From NCBI RefSeq assembly GCF_964194025.1, contig NC_134477.1, positions 27,280,001 through 27,343,685 of the forward strand: DNA of 63,685 nt, written 5' to 3'. Under the pieces are notes generated by a model, which was not told the DNA's origin, searched no databases, and saw nothing but the letters and a program-made list of their open reading frames with translations. This DNA comes from Convolutriloba macropyga (lineage: Eukaryota). Shown one piece after another: positions 23,833 to 37,097 of the stretch (the first letter of the stretch is position 1; the number at the start of each line of letters is the position of its first letter). Position numbers and translations under genes: made by a program.

Positions 23833-26824
23833 TGTTCCGACCCACTTGTGGGGGAAGGAACTATATACTCAAATGGGTTTTTATTGTTCAGACAATTTTA
23901 GCCGATCGATGTATTCATCGTCGAGAAATTTTAGTGGTATGATTAAATGATTAAAGAGCTTGTCCAGTGTAGAATTTGAAATTAATAAGAATTTTTCGAA
24001 TCTCGTTTTTTTCGAGGAGTTATCGAGGTTTAAAATTTTGTGTGAACACGGGATATTTGGCATGATTTTGTTCACTTTTAGGGGAACTTTCGTTCAAATT
24101 AAGGTTTTTTCTTTAAAAAACTAATTCAAAATTACGTTTCACGCCACAAAATGAATCAATTTTTGTTCATAATAGAAGAAAGGTGATAAAAAGACTAGTT
24201 CTGGTCTCATAGAAAAATTTGTCATCAAAAAAATTTGAATTCTAATTAAGAGCTCCTTTTTTTGAAAACGTTTCAAATTGTTTTTGTTTTTTAAATCACC
24301 TAGAGGATAGTCACTTCTCAGATTGCAGTTCCATTAATGACAAACCTCATTTACATTCAAATGAAACCCATTGAACAAAAAATTTGTTTTCAAGGAATCC
24401 CTAATGTTTTTTTTTTACTTCGTCTCTGAGTTTTTGCTACTTTAATTGAATTTTGGCATTCTTTTTTCAACATTAATCAATCAAAAATTTATTTTTGTGA
24501 AGTGTAAGTCAGGGTCAGTAATTACACGACCAATCTGACTAGCAGTTTTATCTTCTAACTATTGATCATTTGACATCAATGCCACAAGATTTCAAAAAAA
24601 CTCAAAATTTTTGGTTATTTTTGTTATTGGTACCTTTTGGAATCTTATCGCTTTATCTTAATTCTGATAGCTCCGATTGGCTTAGAAGAAACGTGCAATG
24701 GATAATAGATAAAGTTTTCAGAGAAAAACATTTGGTTTGAATGGCTTCGACACCTTCTCTTCACACTTTTCTACTGAATTCTTGGTTTTTCCCTACATTT
24801 ATTATTGTTTTCATAGTGATAAGACTTATTGTGATGTCCTATTGATGCTTGAAAAACATCTTTGTACTCCCATTGGGGCATAACTGAGCGTTTTTTTTAA
24901 CATAGATCGAAAGCTATTGAATTTAACGGCGGTCAAATCTTTAAAAATAGATTTTCGAAAATTTTTTGAACTTTAACCAATCGTAAACTTTTTCGTGAGC
25001 TGTAAGTCATTCTCAGTCATGTTAGGACTCTTTTTTTCTATTCATTAAAATTTTATCTAGTTAGCGGTTTTATCTTATAACTAATGGTTTTATAACTTTT
25101 ATAACGATGAATTTCATATATTTTTTAAAAAATTTTTGGATTTTTTTTGTAATTTTGGTTCCTTTTGAAATCTTATCACATTATCTTAATGTTGACATCT
25201 CCCATTGGCTTAGAGAGACGTTCAATGGAGCAAAGATAACGTTTTCAGAGAAAAGCTTAGGTTTAAATGGCCCCGACACTTTCTTCTCGCACTTTTCTAC
25301 TGAACAATTGGATTTTAACTGCATTTTGTAATTTTCATATTCAGTGACCTGTTGAAATGCCTTATTGACGACTTATGAAAAACGAACTTCGTTTTTGTCC
25401 CATCGAGACCTCATTTAGCGTTTTTATTGGCTTCTATTGAAATCTATTGAATTTAGTGGCGTTGATACTACGGTTTTTCTCAAAAATTGGTTGGGTAGGT
25501 TCAATGTATTTGTTCATATTTGTTGTTTTTTTGATGTCATATTGTTCCTGTTCTTATTGTTCCTGTTCATATTGTTCCTGTTTTTTCCTGCTCCTGTTCT
25601 ATTGAATCCTGTTCCTGTTCAAGAAAAAATTGAAACAAGAAAAATTTTTAACTGAAATTTTTTTTAATGGCTTTTCGCTCACTTTTCTCGCTCAATCTTT
25701 TTTTTGAATTGGCTAATTTTGCCTGTTTTTTTTTATTCTTTATGTTGCCGTATAATGCTGACCGTAAAATGTCTTATAAAGTTTTGGTTAAGTTTTGAAT
25801 GAAAAAAATTACCCGGGGTAGTTTGTTTGTAGCGCATAGTCATAAAGTTTATGATTTTAAACAGTTTTTAAAAGTTTTTCAAAATTTTTTAGTTTTTGTT
25901 CTTCTTTTCGTCAACTTGTAACTTATTCTCATTATTGAGAGGTCTCGTGCAATTCCTCGTTTTCCATAAATTAACATGTGTACTGATATTATGCCGTAAC
26001 TGATATTTTATTTGATGGACATTATGCGTTTTCATGAAATTTTTGCGAGTGGTGTAGTGGTTTCTTTTTGTCTTCATTATCACATTCGTGTAATAACAGA
26101 TCCCAATGATTTTCAAATGTGACCCAACTGTATTTATTTGTTTTTAAGTATAATTTTAAATGAGTAAATTTAAATAGAAACTGAAATAATAATGCATATT
26201 ATTCAGATAATAGCTAATGATTTTAATGGCTTCAATAGTTTGTGTTTTCGCAAATTAATCGTAATTTTTTTAATTTCTGTATCTTTAGTCTGTTCCCATG
26301 GCTTAGTCTAACCAAAGACAGGTCCCATTGGTTTCATAATGATTTTTTACCAAATTTATCCGGAATTTTTTTGTTATAAGCTGATGGTTTTTAAGACTTT
26401 TGAAATTAATTGGTTTAAAAATGTTGATTGATTTTTGAATTTCGCCTCATTCTTTTTTTGTCGACTTGATACCTAGTGTTCTTAAGGAAAATTTCCATCT
26501 GCTTTATAGTTCGGAAAAAAAAATAAGTTTGTGTAGTTAAGGTTTCATCTGATTGAATTTTGACGTTGTTACTAGCTGCTTCTAATTTTTGATATTGAGC
26601 TCTGCCTTGAAATTTTTGTTTCTGTAGTCTTTTTGATGGCAGATCTCGTGAGTGTTGTAATGAGTCATGGCGTTATGTAATTCATTTAGTAGTAAGTTTT
26701 TGTAACGAGTGTTTAAGCGCAAACATCTATTTTTTTAATCTCTTACTTGGTTGACAATTAAAAAAAAATTGTAGATGAGCTCGGAACGTAATATGCGAAC
26801 GCACATCATCGAGCCTCCTTGTTT
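23833..26824 (+). mobile_element. HINE/Helentron-type non-autonomous element, full-length copy D
   Basis: 5' TGTTCCGACCCACTTGTGGGGGAAGGAAC and 3' TCGGAACGTAATATGCGAACGCACATCATCGAGCCTCCTTGTTT. Two internal ~500-bp repeat units (anchors near 24497 and 24995) and a TGTTCC-rich microsatellite at ~25540-25620. Confidence 0.8.
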
Positions 26825-27852
26825 AATATGTTTTACAAATTTTTGCTTATATTTTTTGATTTATTCGATGACAGCAAAGTTTTTAGTTGCTCTCAAATAA
26901 AGTTTGCAGTTATTTTGGTCTTTTTAAATGCCGTTTTTCTTGCTACAAACTTTTTCTCGGATAATTTTGTTGTCTCACTATTTGACTTTTCAAGCGCAAA
27001 ATGAATTAAACTGGTGAAGCCCGGAGGGCAAAAAGATATTGAAACGTTGCCCTCCGGTCGCCAGTTGTTTGAATGCAATTCCCCCATGTTAGTTGGATAT
27101 GTTTTAGTGTTGTGATACTGCAATAATTAATCTCGCATTGTTGTTTTTGATAGTCACCTTAACTTAGAAGACAACTGAAATCGAAACTATCCAAGTATCA
27201 TTTTAGCTTTGTTTTGAAAAGCCGACGTAGAATTTCCGCAGCTCTTTATCAGAAATCTTCTTTATACGGATAATTTAGTTTCATTTTTTAGATTCAACAC
27301 AACTTTTTTATTTGATATCCTAATTTTGACTTAAATATTGTCCAAAAAACTGACTGACAAAATATCAAAACAATTCATAAGAGTTCTTATGACGTGTTTG
27401 CTGATATTTGCGTCCTTTATTCAATGCTTCGATATGAAGAGGATTATATTGCACTGGGTTCAGTTTTATACTACTGTCTCTCAGCCATAATGATGTCTAT
27501 GGAGAACAGCTATGATTTTACTATATCTTAGGTCAGTAATAGGGATTGTATGTTGACGCCTTAGTTTGGACATTGTTGGTAGAATGAGACGTTCCTTCAC
27601 GTATACAACTTTTTTCTTCGTTCTTCTGCAACTTACATCAGTTTCATGAGCATACAAAATTTTTTAAAGGATTTAATTTAAGTAAAATACGAATTTTTAC
27701 TAGCAGCGATTTGCTTTTATTGCTGGAAAATTAAATTTTGTTTTTCTTTTCACATTTGTCACACTACACTTTAAGTTTAAAAGCACTGCATCGGAACTCA
27801 TGTTTTAAGAGTAATAACCCAGTTTTGAGAATATAAAACTGAGTAAGTTGAT

Positions 27853-27925
27853 GGCTCTGTGGTGCTTTGGTGCAACATTAGCATGCCTCGCAACGGTTCG
27901 GATGATAGAAGTTTCAAGTCCCCAA
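27853..27925 (+). mobile_element. Possible degenerate tRNA-derived SINE head
   Basis: GGCTCTGTGGTGCTTTGG (A-box-like) and AGTTTCAAGTCCC (B-box-like) at tRNA-like spacing. No complete cloverleaf. Confidence 0.3.
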
Positions 27926-29701
27926 AACTCATATTATTTAGCCGTGAATGGAATTAAAAAAATAACACCGTAAAGATGTTCCGTAAGCTCTTTTTGATGA
28001 ACTCAAATGCGTTTTTACCATTTTTACTTTCCCATTGCTCGGTTTCCGGCATTTATCTTGTCTTTGTTTGGAGGATCACGTGTATTTTTTTCCATTTCTA
28101 CACATCAATATGTAATAAATAAAAAAATATAATCAGCGTTTTTCGAGTTCGTCATTCAATCTTGAACGACTTTCAACTGCTGTACGCCGCGCCCATAAGA
28201 GTTAGATTAAAAAACTGTTATGTTCTTATCAATTTGATATTTAATGCAAATTACAAAAGTTTTTAGTTGATTGATAAGTAGAATAACAGTTAAATAGCTA
28301 CTACTGATTATAACTCTGTTTAACCAGTTGCAACTGGTTTTACCTGTGGGATTTTCTTGCTTATGATTTTTGCTATAGGCGAGCTGACGGTTTTTTATTG
28401 CAATTCTTTCACTGATTTCTGCTAAATTAATTTTTAAGTTATTTCTCAGTTCTATCTAGATACAAATGAAAAATAGAATGGTAGCGTTAAAATCTGAGTT
28501 TATGAATTTTTATTGCATGAGTTATCTTTGTCTAAATCAGTCAACGAATTAAAATCATAAAATCCCGAAATTTGATTTTTTTTTCAAATTTTGTTTCTTT
28601 CACATTTTGATTTAAATTTAGTTCACATCTCCAAAAGCATTGACTACGGCATAGCAGGCAAAAATTTGTACATCGCAAAAACAAATATTACTGTAATTTT
28701 TGGTCCCTTGTTTTCCTTATGTTGGGTAAACAGTGTGACATCTAGATAACTCCTCAAGAGTAGTTTAGAAAGTTTTTTTTTGATTTATGGAAATTATCTT
28801 AACTATAGCGTAGTTTAAACAAATTTAGTCTTGGTTTTGATCAACTTCCATAAAAAATTAAATCAGTCCTTCAAGGCCCGATGATAACAATTGCTAAACA
28901 CAACTTTACTGCGCAACGCCAATTTTCCTCTTTTCTGCATTAAACACTTAGAGGTTAAACTGAGTTCTTCCATTTGGATATTTTGTAACTCCCTGTCGAT
29001 GGATGAGGATAAAAACTAGTAAAATTAACTGACGTCATCACTTATTGGGTGACATTTAAACAAGGAGGGGCTCCCCCCTCATAAAAGGGAGTCCGATATC
29101 ACATGAGTTTAGTGAGTTCTTGAACCGAACTATCTTGACCCTCTCATTGGGCATAGCGGCGTAATTGGATGGGACAGTCCCCATCATTTGTGGCTCAAAT
29201 AGAAAACAAAAGTTCGACAAAAATGTCGATTTAAAGAAACAGAGCTGTCACTAAAAAATGATGGCGCCATATTATGAGACTTATTCATTTCAACCGATAA
29301 CTGTAAAATGATCTCTCGAATCTTCTCAACCACAATAAATCAGAACACCCCATTACGCGCACGAACTTTCATATTGTCGATGAAGAACTATTTAAAAATG
29401 TTGATCTTCCTTTTATTAAAAAATCTCTTCAACTTATTTGAGGAATTTTTTCTTGAAGTGTATCAATAATTCAGCAATTGTCGCAAATTTTAAATTTTTC
29501 CGAGTTAAGTTACTCCGACAGCGTTTTTATTAACGACACTGAACAATTTAACTGAAGAAAATGCAGCTAATAATTCGTAATGGAACTATACACCACTATA
29601 TTTCAGGGGATAAGTTTTCCGCTAGCCGAGATTTGTTTATCGATGTTACTAGGATAAAATATTTTAATTAGTTGAAGTTGAAAAAATTTTAATTTGGATA
29701 G

Positions 29702-29756
29702 ATGCTTCTAAAACCACAATGGGCAAATCAGGGAGGGACATTCTGGAATCCCAAAG
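29702..29756 (+). CDS. GT92-like gene, putative 55-nt exon
   Basis: TTGGATAG| acceptor and strong AAG|GTGAGT donor. Encodes MLLKPQWANQGGTFWNPK. Phase 0 to phase 1 exactly bridges the 8640 donor and the 29898 acceptor. No family motif is recognised. Confidence 0.5.
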
Positions 29757-29897
29757 GTGAGTTTTTTGTTAGTTAAGTGTATATTGATTAATGTTTTTCT
29801 TTTACACGAATGGAGTTAGTAAAAATGAATTGTTTCCTTTTCGTGTGAACATTTTGGTCGTTACCCCGTGTTATTTTCTATACTAATAATGCTGAAG

Positions 29898-30016
29898 ATT
29901 TGGGACTATCAATTACATTTGTTATTGACCAACCAGTACTCTACGCGCACCTAGATATAAGCCTTTACATACAAAACCGATATGGGTTATATAATATACA
30001 TTTGACCAGATGGAAG
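29898..30016 (+). CDS. GT92-like gene, internal exon
   Basis: Branch-like TACTAAT followed by GAAG| acceptor; donor AAG|GTAACA. Encodes (D)LGLSITFVIDQPVLYAHLDISLYIQNRYGLYNIHLTRWK, resembling the 'Y...G...V.+..W' segment of GT92. Confidence 0.58.
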
Positions 30017-30105
30017 GTAACAAACTTAAACTCAATGTTAACTTGGATATTTCTCAGGAGTTCTTTCGTACCACGATTAAAGCACGGGTTTCATAACACG
30101 TTTAG

Positions 30106-30298
30106 AGTGCAAACGACGTTTACTGGATGACAGACTCTGTCAAAGTGTGGCACTACACACACTGTTACCTGAAGCACTCCCTGGAGTTCAAGTACATTAC
30201 AGTGATGGACTTGGATGAGGTGGTAGGATTCGACATGGAGAGATATCCACAAGGAATCAATCAACTATTGGAACAGTTGGAGAAACACTACAACAAAG
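30106..30298 (+). CDS. GT92-like gene, exon containing the DxD motif
   Basis: Acceptor GTTTAG| and donor AAAG|GTATAG. Encodes SANDVYWMTDSVKVWHYTHCYLKHSLEFKYITVMDLDEVVGFD..., matching the GT92 'DCL.R....KY....DxDE' motif. Confidence 0.85.
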
Positions 30299-32756
30299 GT
30301 ATAGAAATATTTTAAGATCAATGACTCAATGTGCGTAGCAATCATTTGTGCTGTCTTGAATTTTTTATAATCAGGTCCATAATGAGGTCCATCTGACTTA
30401 CTGTTTTCCAGCGGCTTGGTTGCTTGCTTCTTGATTTTTTTTAAAAAATATTGCAAATAGTTAAATTGTTTGACTCAGTTATTAGCACTAAACGGCGTCA
30501 AATTGTTACAAAAATGCCCAATTTCCTCACTAAAAATAAAGCGTGTAATCAGAAGTGGGCCAAATCTAATTTTAGAAGGCGTTTTAAATGCTCAACGTTA
30601 ATATCTAAAACGTTAATTAGGCTCCTCGCAATTAACGAAATGTACTGAGTCTAAAATTACAACCATGAACAGAGTAGCACTGTCTGAATAATTTTCTCTC
30701 CCATTTGTCGGCAGCTTATTTGACGTCGGCGGTCAGTCTCTGTTTTTTTATATACTTTTTCTGTATTGTTTATGTACTTTTTCTGTTCATATAATGTGAT
30801 ATATGCACGTGCTTCGGATTGCAGTAACATGCAACGTGAGTCGACAGTTACTGGACAAGAATCATTATTAAAAACTACATTCGACATTTTTGCGCCCATT
30901 TCAATCCCTCTACCTTTTTGTTCGAAGTTACCCCAGCTCCCCTCTCTCTCTCTCTGGGATCTTCAAAGCATACGATTTCAGTGGCCGTTTGCTGGCGGAA
31001 GTTTTCTCCCATTCTGACCATGAAATACAATGTGAGAGCTAAAACACCATTGAGGAGAGCCATGATAATCGATAATTCATCGTTACCTGATACATGCTTC
31101 GGATATCATTGACATTTTCTTTATCTCTCAACAGTAGTACCTCACAAGAACAAGCCAATCGCATTTCAAGAGGGAGCGTCTTGCTCGACTCTTGAATGTT
31201 GTATCACAGGCGATGAGTGATAACTGACAAATATTGATGATAGATCTTGTTTCCAGATTCCAATTGGAACCATACTTTTTATCCAGATAAAAAAATTCTT
31301 TAATACGTCAATATCGTTGGGCACGATTTTATCAAATCCAAAGTCAGATGCTTTCAATGAGGGTTCAAACAGCAATGAATGGGCGTTCTGTAAATCATTT
31401 CAGGCATAATTACAATTCACTCAACTTTTTTCAACAGTGAAAAAATACCTCAGGTTTCATCTGCTCTGCAGAGATGAGTTGGCTCAATTTGCAGCACTGA
31501 CAGTTTTTGCCCAATATTGCGCTCTATCTCTGTGACACTTTGTTTGCAATGGTCTGAAATTCTTACCTTAATCCTTGAAGACTGCATCCCACTTCCTGAC
31601 ATTGTTGATAACTGAGAAACTTTTTTTATCAAAAAGCTAATGTCTTTTGTGTGTCTCCAATAGGGGCGGAAAACACAAGGAGCAGTGCAACAGAATATCT
31701 TTGGTGAAACAATTTCAGCAATGGATATCGGGTGGGTTGCTGTTTGTCGGAAAGTGGCTTTGGTGTGGCCAGAGAATAGTAAAATCAAGGGCACATTGAA
31801 GGCGCTCATTTCTCGAGCCAAAGAACTTTGTCTTCAAGGAAAAGCCCTTTGTCTTCGAAGCACTTTGTCTTCAAATCTTGTCATTGGAAGGTGTTGCATC
31901 TAACAATAAAATTCCTCTATGAACTATGAAAATAGATTCGAAGAAAAATGGAATCCTGGATAAAATGGAAGAATTGATAAAACCTAACAATTTGATGAAG
32001 CAAAAGTGTGTTCATAACTTTACACAAAACTGCACTGTGCCATGAAACTTAGTGCCTTCTTAGCGCGAAAGCAAGCAGCTTCTAATGCATTGGATTCATT
32101 TGGAGCCAATCTGCATCGAGATGCTGTCATGGAGGGAGTCGAGAGCATAGCTTATGCTACAAAATACTCTTCAAAAAAATAAAAGTTCGTGCCGGCTCTA
32201 ATTTGATTTGAGAAAAGCATTCAATTTTGTGAAGCGTAGAAATTTACTGAGGAGCAGTGAAATTTTTGATGCAGAATATATTGTCCTTTGTCCATGTTTG
32301 CTACTCGCCGTCGTGACATGTTGTTCAGTAGCTCAACGGTTGACAATGAGTCTGCTTCGATTGAAAACCAGAAATTCATAATTAATTTTTTTGTTTTTTA
32401 AACAATTTCTTGAAAAGGAAATGTGTTAGATTGCAATTTTAATCTCATCATCTCAGTCTTCGAATCTTGTGTTGGCGTAGGAATGTTAAACCTCACTCAA
32501 TTTGCGTGAGCGCAGTCAAAAATGAAAAACTGGATCTATTCCTAATTGAACTCTATACGGGGGAATCTTTTTTTCCTCCGGTTTACGGTCACATTACTAG
32601 TACCTTGCCCCAGTCTGATTGCATGTCTTTGGTTTACGTAATTTCAAATTTCCGCCTAGCACAGCAATGCACTGCCTAAATTATTAGGAATCTTACAAAC
32701 ACTTCAACTTCGAGAACAGATAAAATTTTCTATTTAGTAATAGTGCTGTGTAAATT

Positions 32757-34271
32757 CTGTGTAAATTCTTCAGATTGTAATTTTTTTATACTGGAAGCTT
32801 TAATCGCCACTTAAGTCAATTGAAACCCAGGGTAAATAAGAGCAGAGAAATTTCACTAGCGTTCGCGGGCGCGCAGATTAAATTCAGTCGGCATTTGTTT
32901 ATGCTCAGCTTTTGGTAAGCCGCTAATTACTTATGCACAGATAAAGATCATAGGAACAAAACCATGCTTGCATGAACCATGCTGAAAAAAATTGATAATA
33001 GCAAAAAGTGACATGACCAGAATAAGGTTTAGACGAAAAACAGAATGCATTTTTGAATGGTTCGGTACTGTGTTAAACTGACACCAAGGTACGGTTATTA
33101 GGCTCAGATCCTTCAGTGAGTTAACATTGATTTACCTATACTGTTTTTTTGCTTCAAAAAAATTTTCCTTTAAAACCATAAATTCTTATAGCTGGTGTTT
33201 CTGATGCGGAGGTGCTCCATTTAAATTAGATGGACATTTTTCTTCTGCCAGTTATACGACTTGAACTGCAACAGTTGTCGCATTCTGAGAGATCTTGTTG
33301 GTGGTTGGTAGACATTTTCCAAAGGCTGCGACCTTGAACATACCGTCCCAAATTCTTCCACTTGGCATCGGGCATTGGATCCACTTTGAAGAAAACATCA
33401 ATTTCAATACAAAATAAACAAAATTGTTTCGCAGATGCTGGGTAGCTGAATGAATACAAAGAGAAAATCAGTTAAAATCAGTTTGGTCAGCATCACCTGG
33501 GTATCATGTGGATGTGGGGTCGAAGGTGTGACTATTTGATAGGGTGAGTTACTGATAGGGTAATTTCACAAGAGGACTCTAGATCAAATTATTCCAATTA
33601 ATTTTTTCTGAAAAGTTTTAACCGATGCATTCACTAACAATTTTTTTTCAATTCACATTTAGTTTTTTTCACATTTTTCATAAACAAGTGCAGCTGAAGC
33701 ATGAATATTTTTTTGCTGTGTAAATTCTTCAGATTGTCATTTTTTTTCTACTGGAAGCTTTAATCGCCACTTAAGTCAATTGAAACCCAGGGTAATTAAG
33801 AGCAGAGAAACTTCACTAGCGTTCGCGGGCGCGCAGATTAAATTCAGTCGGCATTTGTTTATGCTCAGCTTTTGGTAAGCCGCTAATTACTTATGCACAG
33901 ATAAAGATCATAGGAACAAAACCATGCTTACATGAACCATGCTGAAAAAATGTTGATAATACCTAAAAGTGACATGACCAGAATAAGGTTTAGACGAAAA
34001 AACAGAATGCATTTTTGAATGGTTCGGTACTGTGTTAAACTGACCCCAAGGTACGGTTATTAGGCTGAGCTCCTTCAGTGAGTTAACATTGATTTACCTA
34101 TTTTGTTTTTTTTGCTTCATTAAAATTTTCCTTGAAACCATAAATTCTTATAGCTAGTGTTTCTGTTGCGGAGGTGCTCCATTTAAATTAGATGGACATT
34201 TTTCTTCTGCCAGTTATTCAACTTGAACTGCAACAGTTGTCGGATTCTGAGAAATCTTGTTGGTGGTTGGT
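32757..34271 (+). repeat. Two ~550-bp direct repeats (~32757-33309 and ~33717-34271) separated by ~400 bp
   Basis: Both copies run from CTGTGTAAATTCTTCAGATTG to GTTGGTGGTTGGT with few differences. Confidence 0.93.
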
Positions 34272-34931
34272 TGGCATTTTTGTGATGGCTACATTTGCTG
34301 TCCTTTGAAAGTATAGAGAACTTTTCGAAATATTTTACACTTCAATTTCAAACGATTACAAAACTATCTTTTTGAAATCTTTTTTTTCGAAAACTTTTTT
34401 AAAAGTATCACTGGTTTCATAAGCGCACTTTAACTTGAACGGCATTTGATAAGCTTTTACCTAATGATAAAAACTTATTAATTGCTCTTCAACTATTGAA
34501 AAATGGATATTTTTCACTGAGGTAAACGATGTCGATGTCATTCAAAACTAGCAATTATTTTAAGAGTGGTGACGATGCAGGCCTGGTTTTCAGCATGTGA
34601 CCAATCTGCATAAAACAATCATACTTGACGCAGATATGTGAGTGGTCATCCTTTTTTTTAATCATGGACGACTTCAGGAAAACTACCTCGGCCTGCCCTA
34701 ATTCAGGGTTAATAGAGTACGTGTATCTAAATAAAAAACTTAAGTTTTGCTAAAATCTTTAGGCACTTGCAGCTCAACCACCACCATCCAATTTTAATGA
34801 AATTGTACCATGCACCTCCCCGGGCAGTCCAGACTTACGGCGTCTTTTCATTAAAAATATGTCAAAAATCAGTCAAAATTTTATCCATATCCAGAGCATC
34901 TGGATTAAGTGAACTTTGTTTTGCGTTTTAG

Positions 34932-35099
34932 GCAATTCTGTGAAGGCTTTCCAATTGACAGAAAGACGAATGCTGACAACAGTGTGTAGAGACAAACATC
35001 GCAACATATCATCAGTGCGAGTGAACAAAATTGAAAAAGCACTTAACACCTCATGGCGTCAATGGTCTATTTTGACCAGGAACACTGCCACGAGGAAAG
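34932..35099 (+). CDS. GT92-like gene, penultimate exon
   Basis: GTTTTAG| acceptor and AAAG|GTTAGT donor, phase 1 at both ends. Open frame (G)NSVKAFQLTERRMLTTVC...TRNTATRK links the DxD exon to the last exon in frame. Confidence 0.72.
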
Positions 35100-35309
35100 G
35101 TTAGTTTAATGAATAGAAAGGTTCAATTAAATATTTCTAGTCTGTGGATATGAATTAGCCAAGTTTTTGTTGTTTAAGAAAATTGCGGCAACTTAGTTTT
35201 GGGTTGGTTAGGACAAAGGCCAAGCATTGATATTCCATTTGATTGATACACAGCATGCTGCAAGGGAAAGCAAGGGAAAGCATGCTGCAAGAGTAACACC
35301 AGTAACACT

Positions 35310-35870
35310 AGGAGAGGTTGGCTTAGTTTTAATGCCGTCTAATAGTCTTAATTTGGCCTCAGGGTCTCTCAAACCTGAGATAAATTTTATTTTCACCAAC
35401 TCTTCCTCAGGGTTGGTTTCTGTTTTAAGTTTTTCGAAGTCACAATAACGTGCTTCTTCTCTGAGGCGCGCTAGAAAATCGTCGTCAGATTCTCCAACCC
35501 TTGACAACGGACAGAAATTTAGCCCTTTTAGCCGTTACTTCTCTCTCCTTAGGTGAAATATAGTTTTGAATAGCTAGTCTGATCTCTTTAAAAGGAGTGT
35601 CTAACAATTTTTTAGGGCTCAGAAGGCTCCTAAGTTTAAGAAGTGCGTCCTGGCCGCATATACTAAGAAAGAGATTTGTTACCTGTAGGTCCATGATCGT
35701 ACCGTCGTTGTTGACTTTATCTTCTTTCTTCTCTGCGTGACATTTCGCCACAAAAGACATGATCCACGCAGTACAGGATTCAGCATTCTGCAGATCCAAG
35801 GTTTGTCGGTCGTTTGGTGGTCTGGACACCATTGTCGTGGTCTCGAGCACGAGTAACAAGAATTTTATTA
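35310..35870 (-). mobile_element. Ty3/Gypsy gag fragment with probable LTR/PBS junction, frameshifted
   Basis: ORFs 35485-35859 and 35208-35507(-) join to give ...LFLSICGQDAL...RAKFLSVV/RVGESDDDFLARLREEARYCDF...IKFISGLRD (retrotransposon gag). Upstream on the minus strand is AATAAA...CCACGACA-A-TGGTGTCC, resembling an LTR end followed by a PBS. Confidence 0.8.
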
Positions 35871-37097
35871 TTTTAATAATTGAATTCGAAATGGCCTAAA
35901 AGTACAAAATTTCACAGGTATTTATAATTCGTATCAGTATGAAAATTTACAGATCCGTCTAGATATAGATAAACTGATATGTGTTAATTTACACCTTAGT
36001 TGTGATTAAGTTTTTCCCGTTGCCGTATATGGCAAGTACTAGTGCAGTTTTTTGCACTTAACTCATTGTTCTTCCTACCTGAGAACATGTCATTGCTATC
36101 TACTGGGAGGGTCGGAGAGTTGGTTACTGATCGTGTTTGGTGGTGGGAAGGTCGAATCTAACTCACAAAATTATGGTTTATGTACATTGATAAACTTGTG
36201 GTATTAACAAATTTGAATCGACGATTCGGTTCAAATCAGAAGCCATTATTAAATTTCACTTCACCAAACATCAGGTAAGAAAGTTTTCTTTATATATCGA
36301 AGTTTCAAATTAAGTTGCTAAGTTCACTACTTCTCGATATATCACACATTGTACAAGTCTTTCGGGATGGGTGACCGAGTGCAGCTACCTCGAACCGTTC
36401 GAGAAAACCAAAAATGGTGCGAGTACGAAAATCAGACAAACGTACACACCATGAGCCGTTGTTGCCTTTGCCACCTGTTCTTCATTTCAACAGGCATAGA
36501 CTTCAAGAACACTTCCAAGAGGCGAAAATCCACGGGAGTCATGTCGTTCAGAATCCGGACAAGGTTGACTGTGAGTGGTGTCTGATCACTATCGCTGAGT
36601 GGTGTCTGATCACTATTTGGACCTCTTCAACAGTGTTGATAGATAATCTTTGACAAGTTTTCTCCAGAAGTGCGTTGTTCCATAATTTGAAGCTGAAAGG
36701 AGTTTTGCTGTCGATCCTTCCTGGTGGCAGTGAGCTGAAAGTTTTGTTGATCATAACGACGCTCTGCTGATTTTGTCACTGTCAAGACGTTTCAGACGTC
36801 TTTCAACCTTTCAGATGCTTTGATGAGATTCTTGTCGTTGTTTTTTAGTATTGTCGTTGGCTGACATCTGCCGCTTGCAAAGTGACAATAGGCGTTCAGG
36901 AAATTGTCGGTATTCAGATAAAGGAAAGCTTCCGGAAGGATACATCTCGTAACTAAGCAGGTGAAAATGAGGATGTACTTTTTGATTCGTAATTTTGAAT
37001 CTTTTTGAAAAAGAGTCAGAAGATGTAGATACCGCTGCTTGCAATTGGACATTGAGTGGAAATGCAAGTAGGGTAGCCATAACAAGGCGATTCTGGT

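Noticed and set aside
30058-30105. Alternative acceptor TTCTCAG| at 30057 for the DxD exon
   Set aside because: Two in-frame stops precede the conserved region; the 30105 acceptor keeps the frame open.
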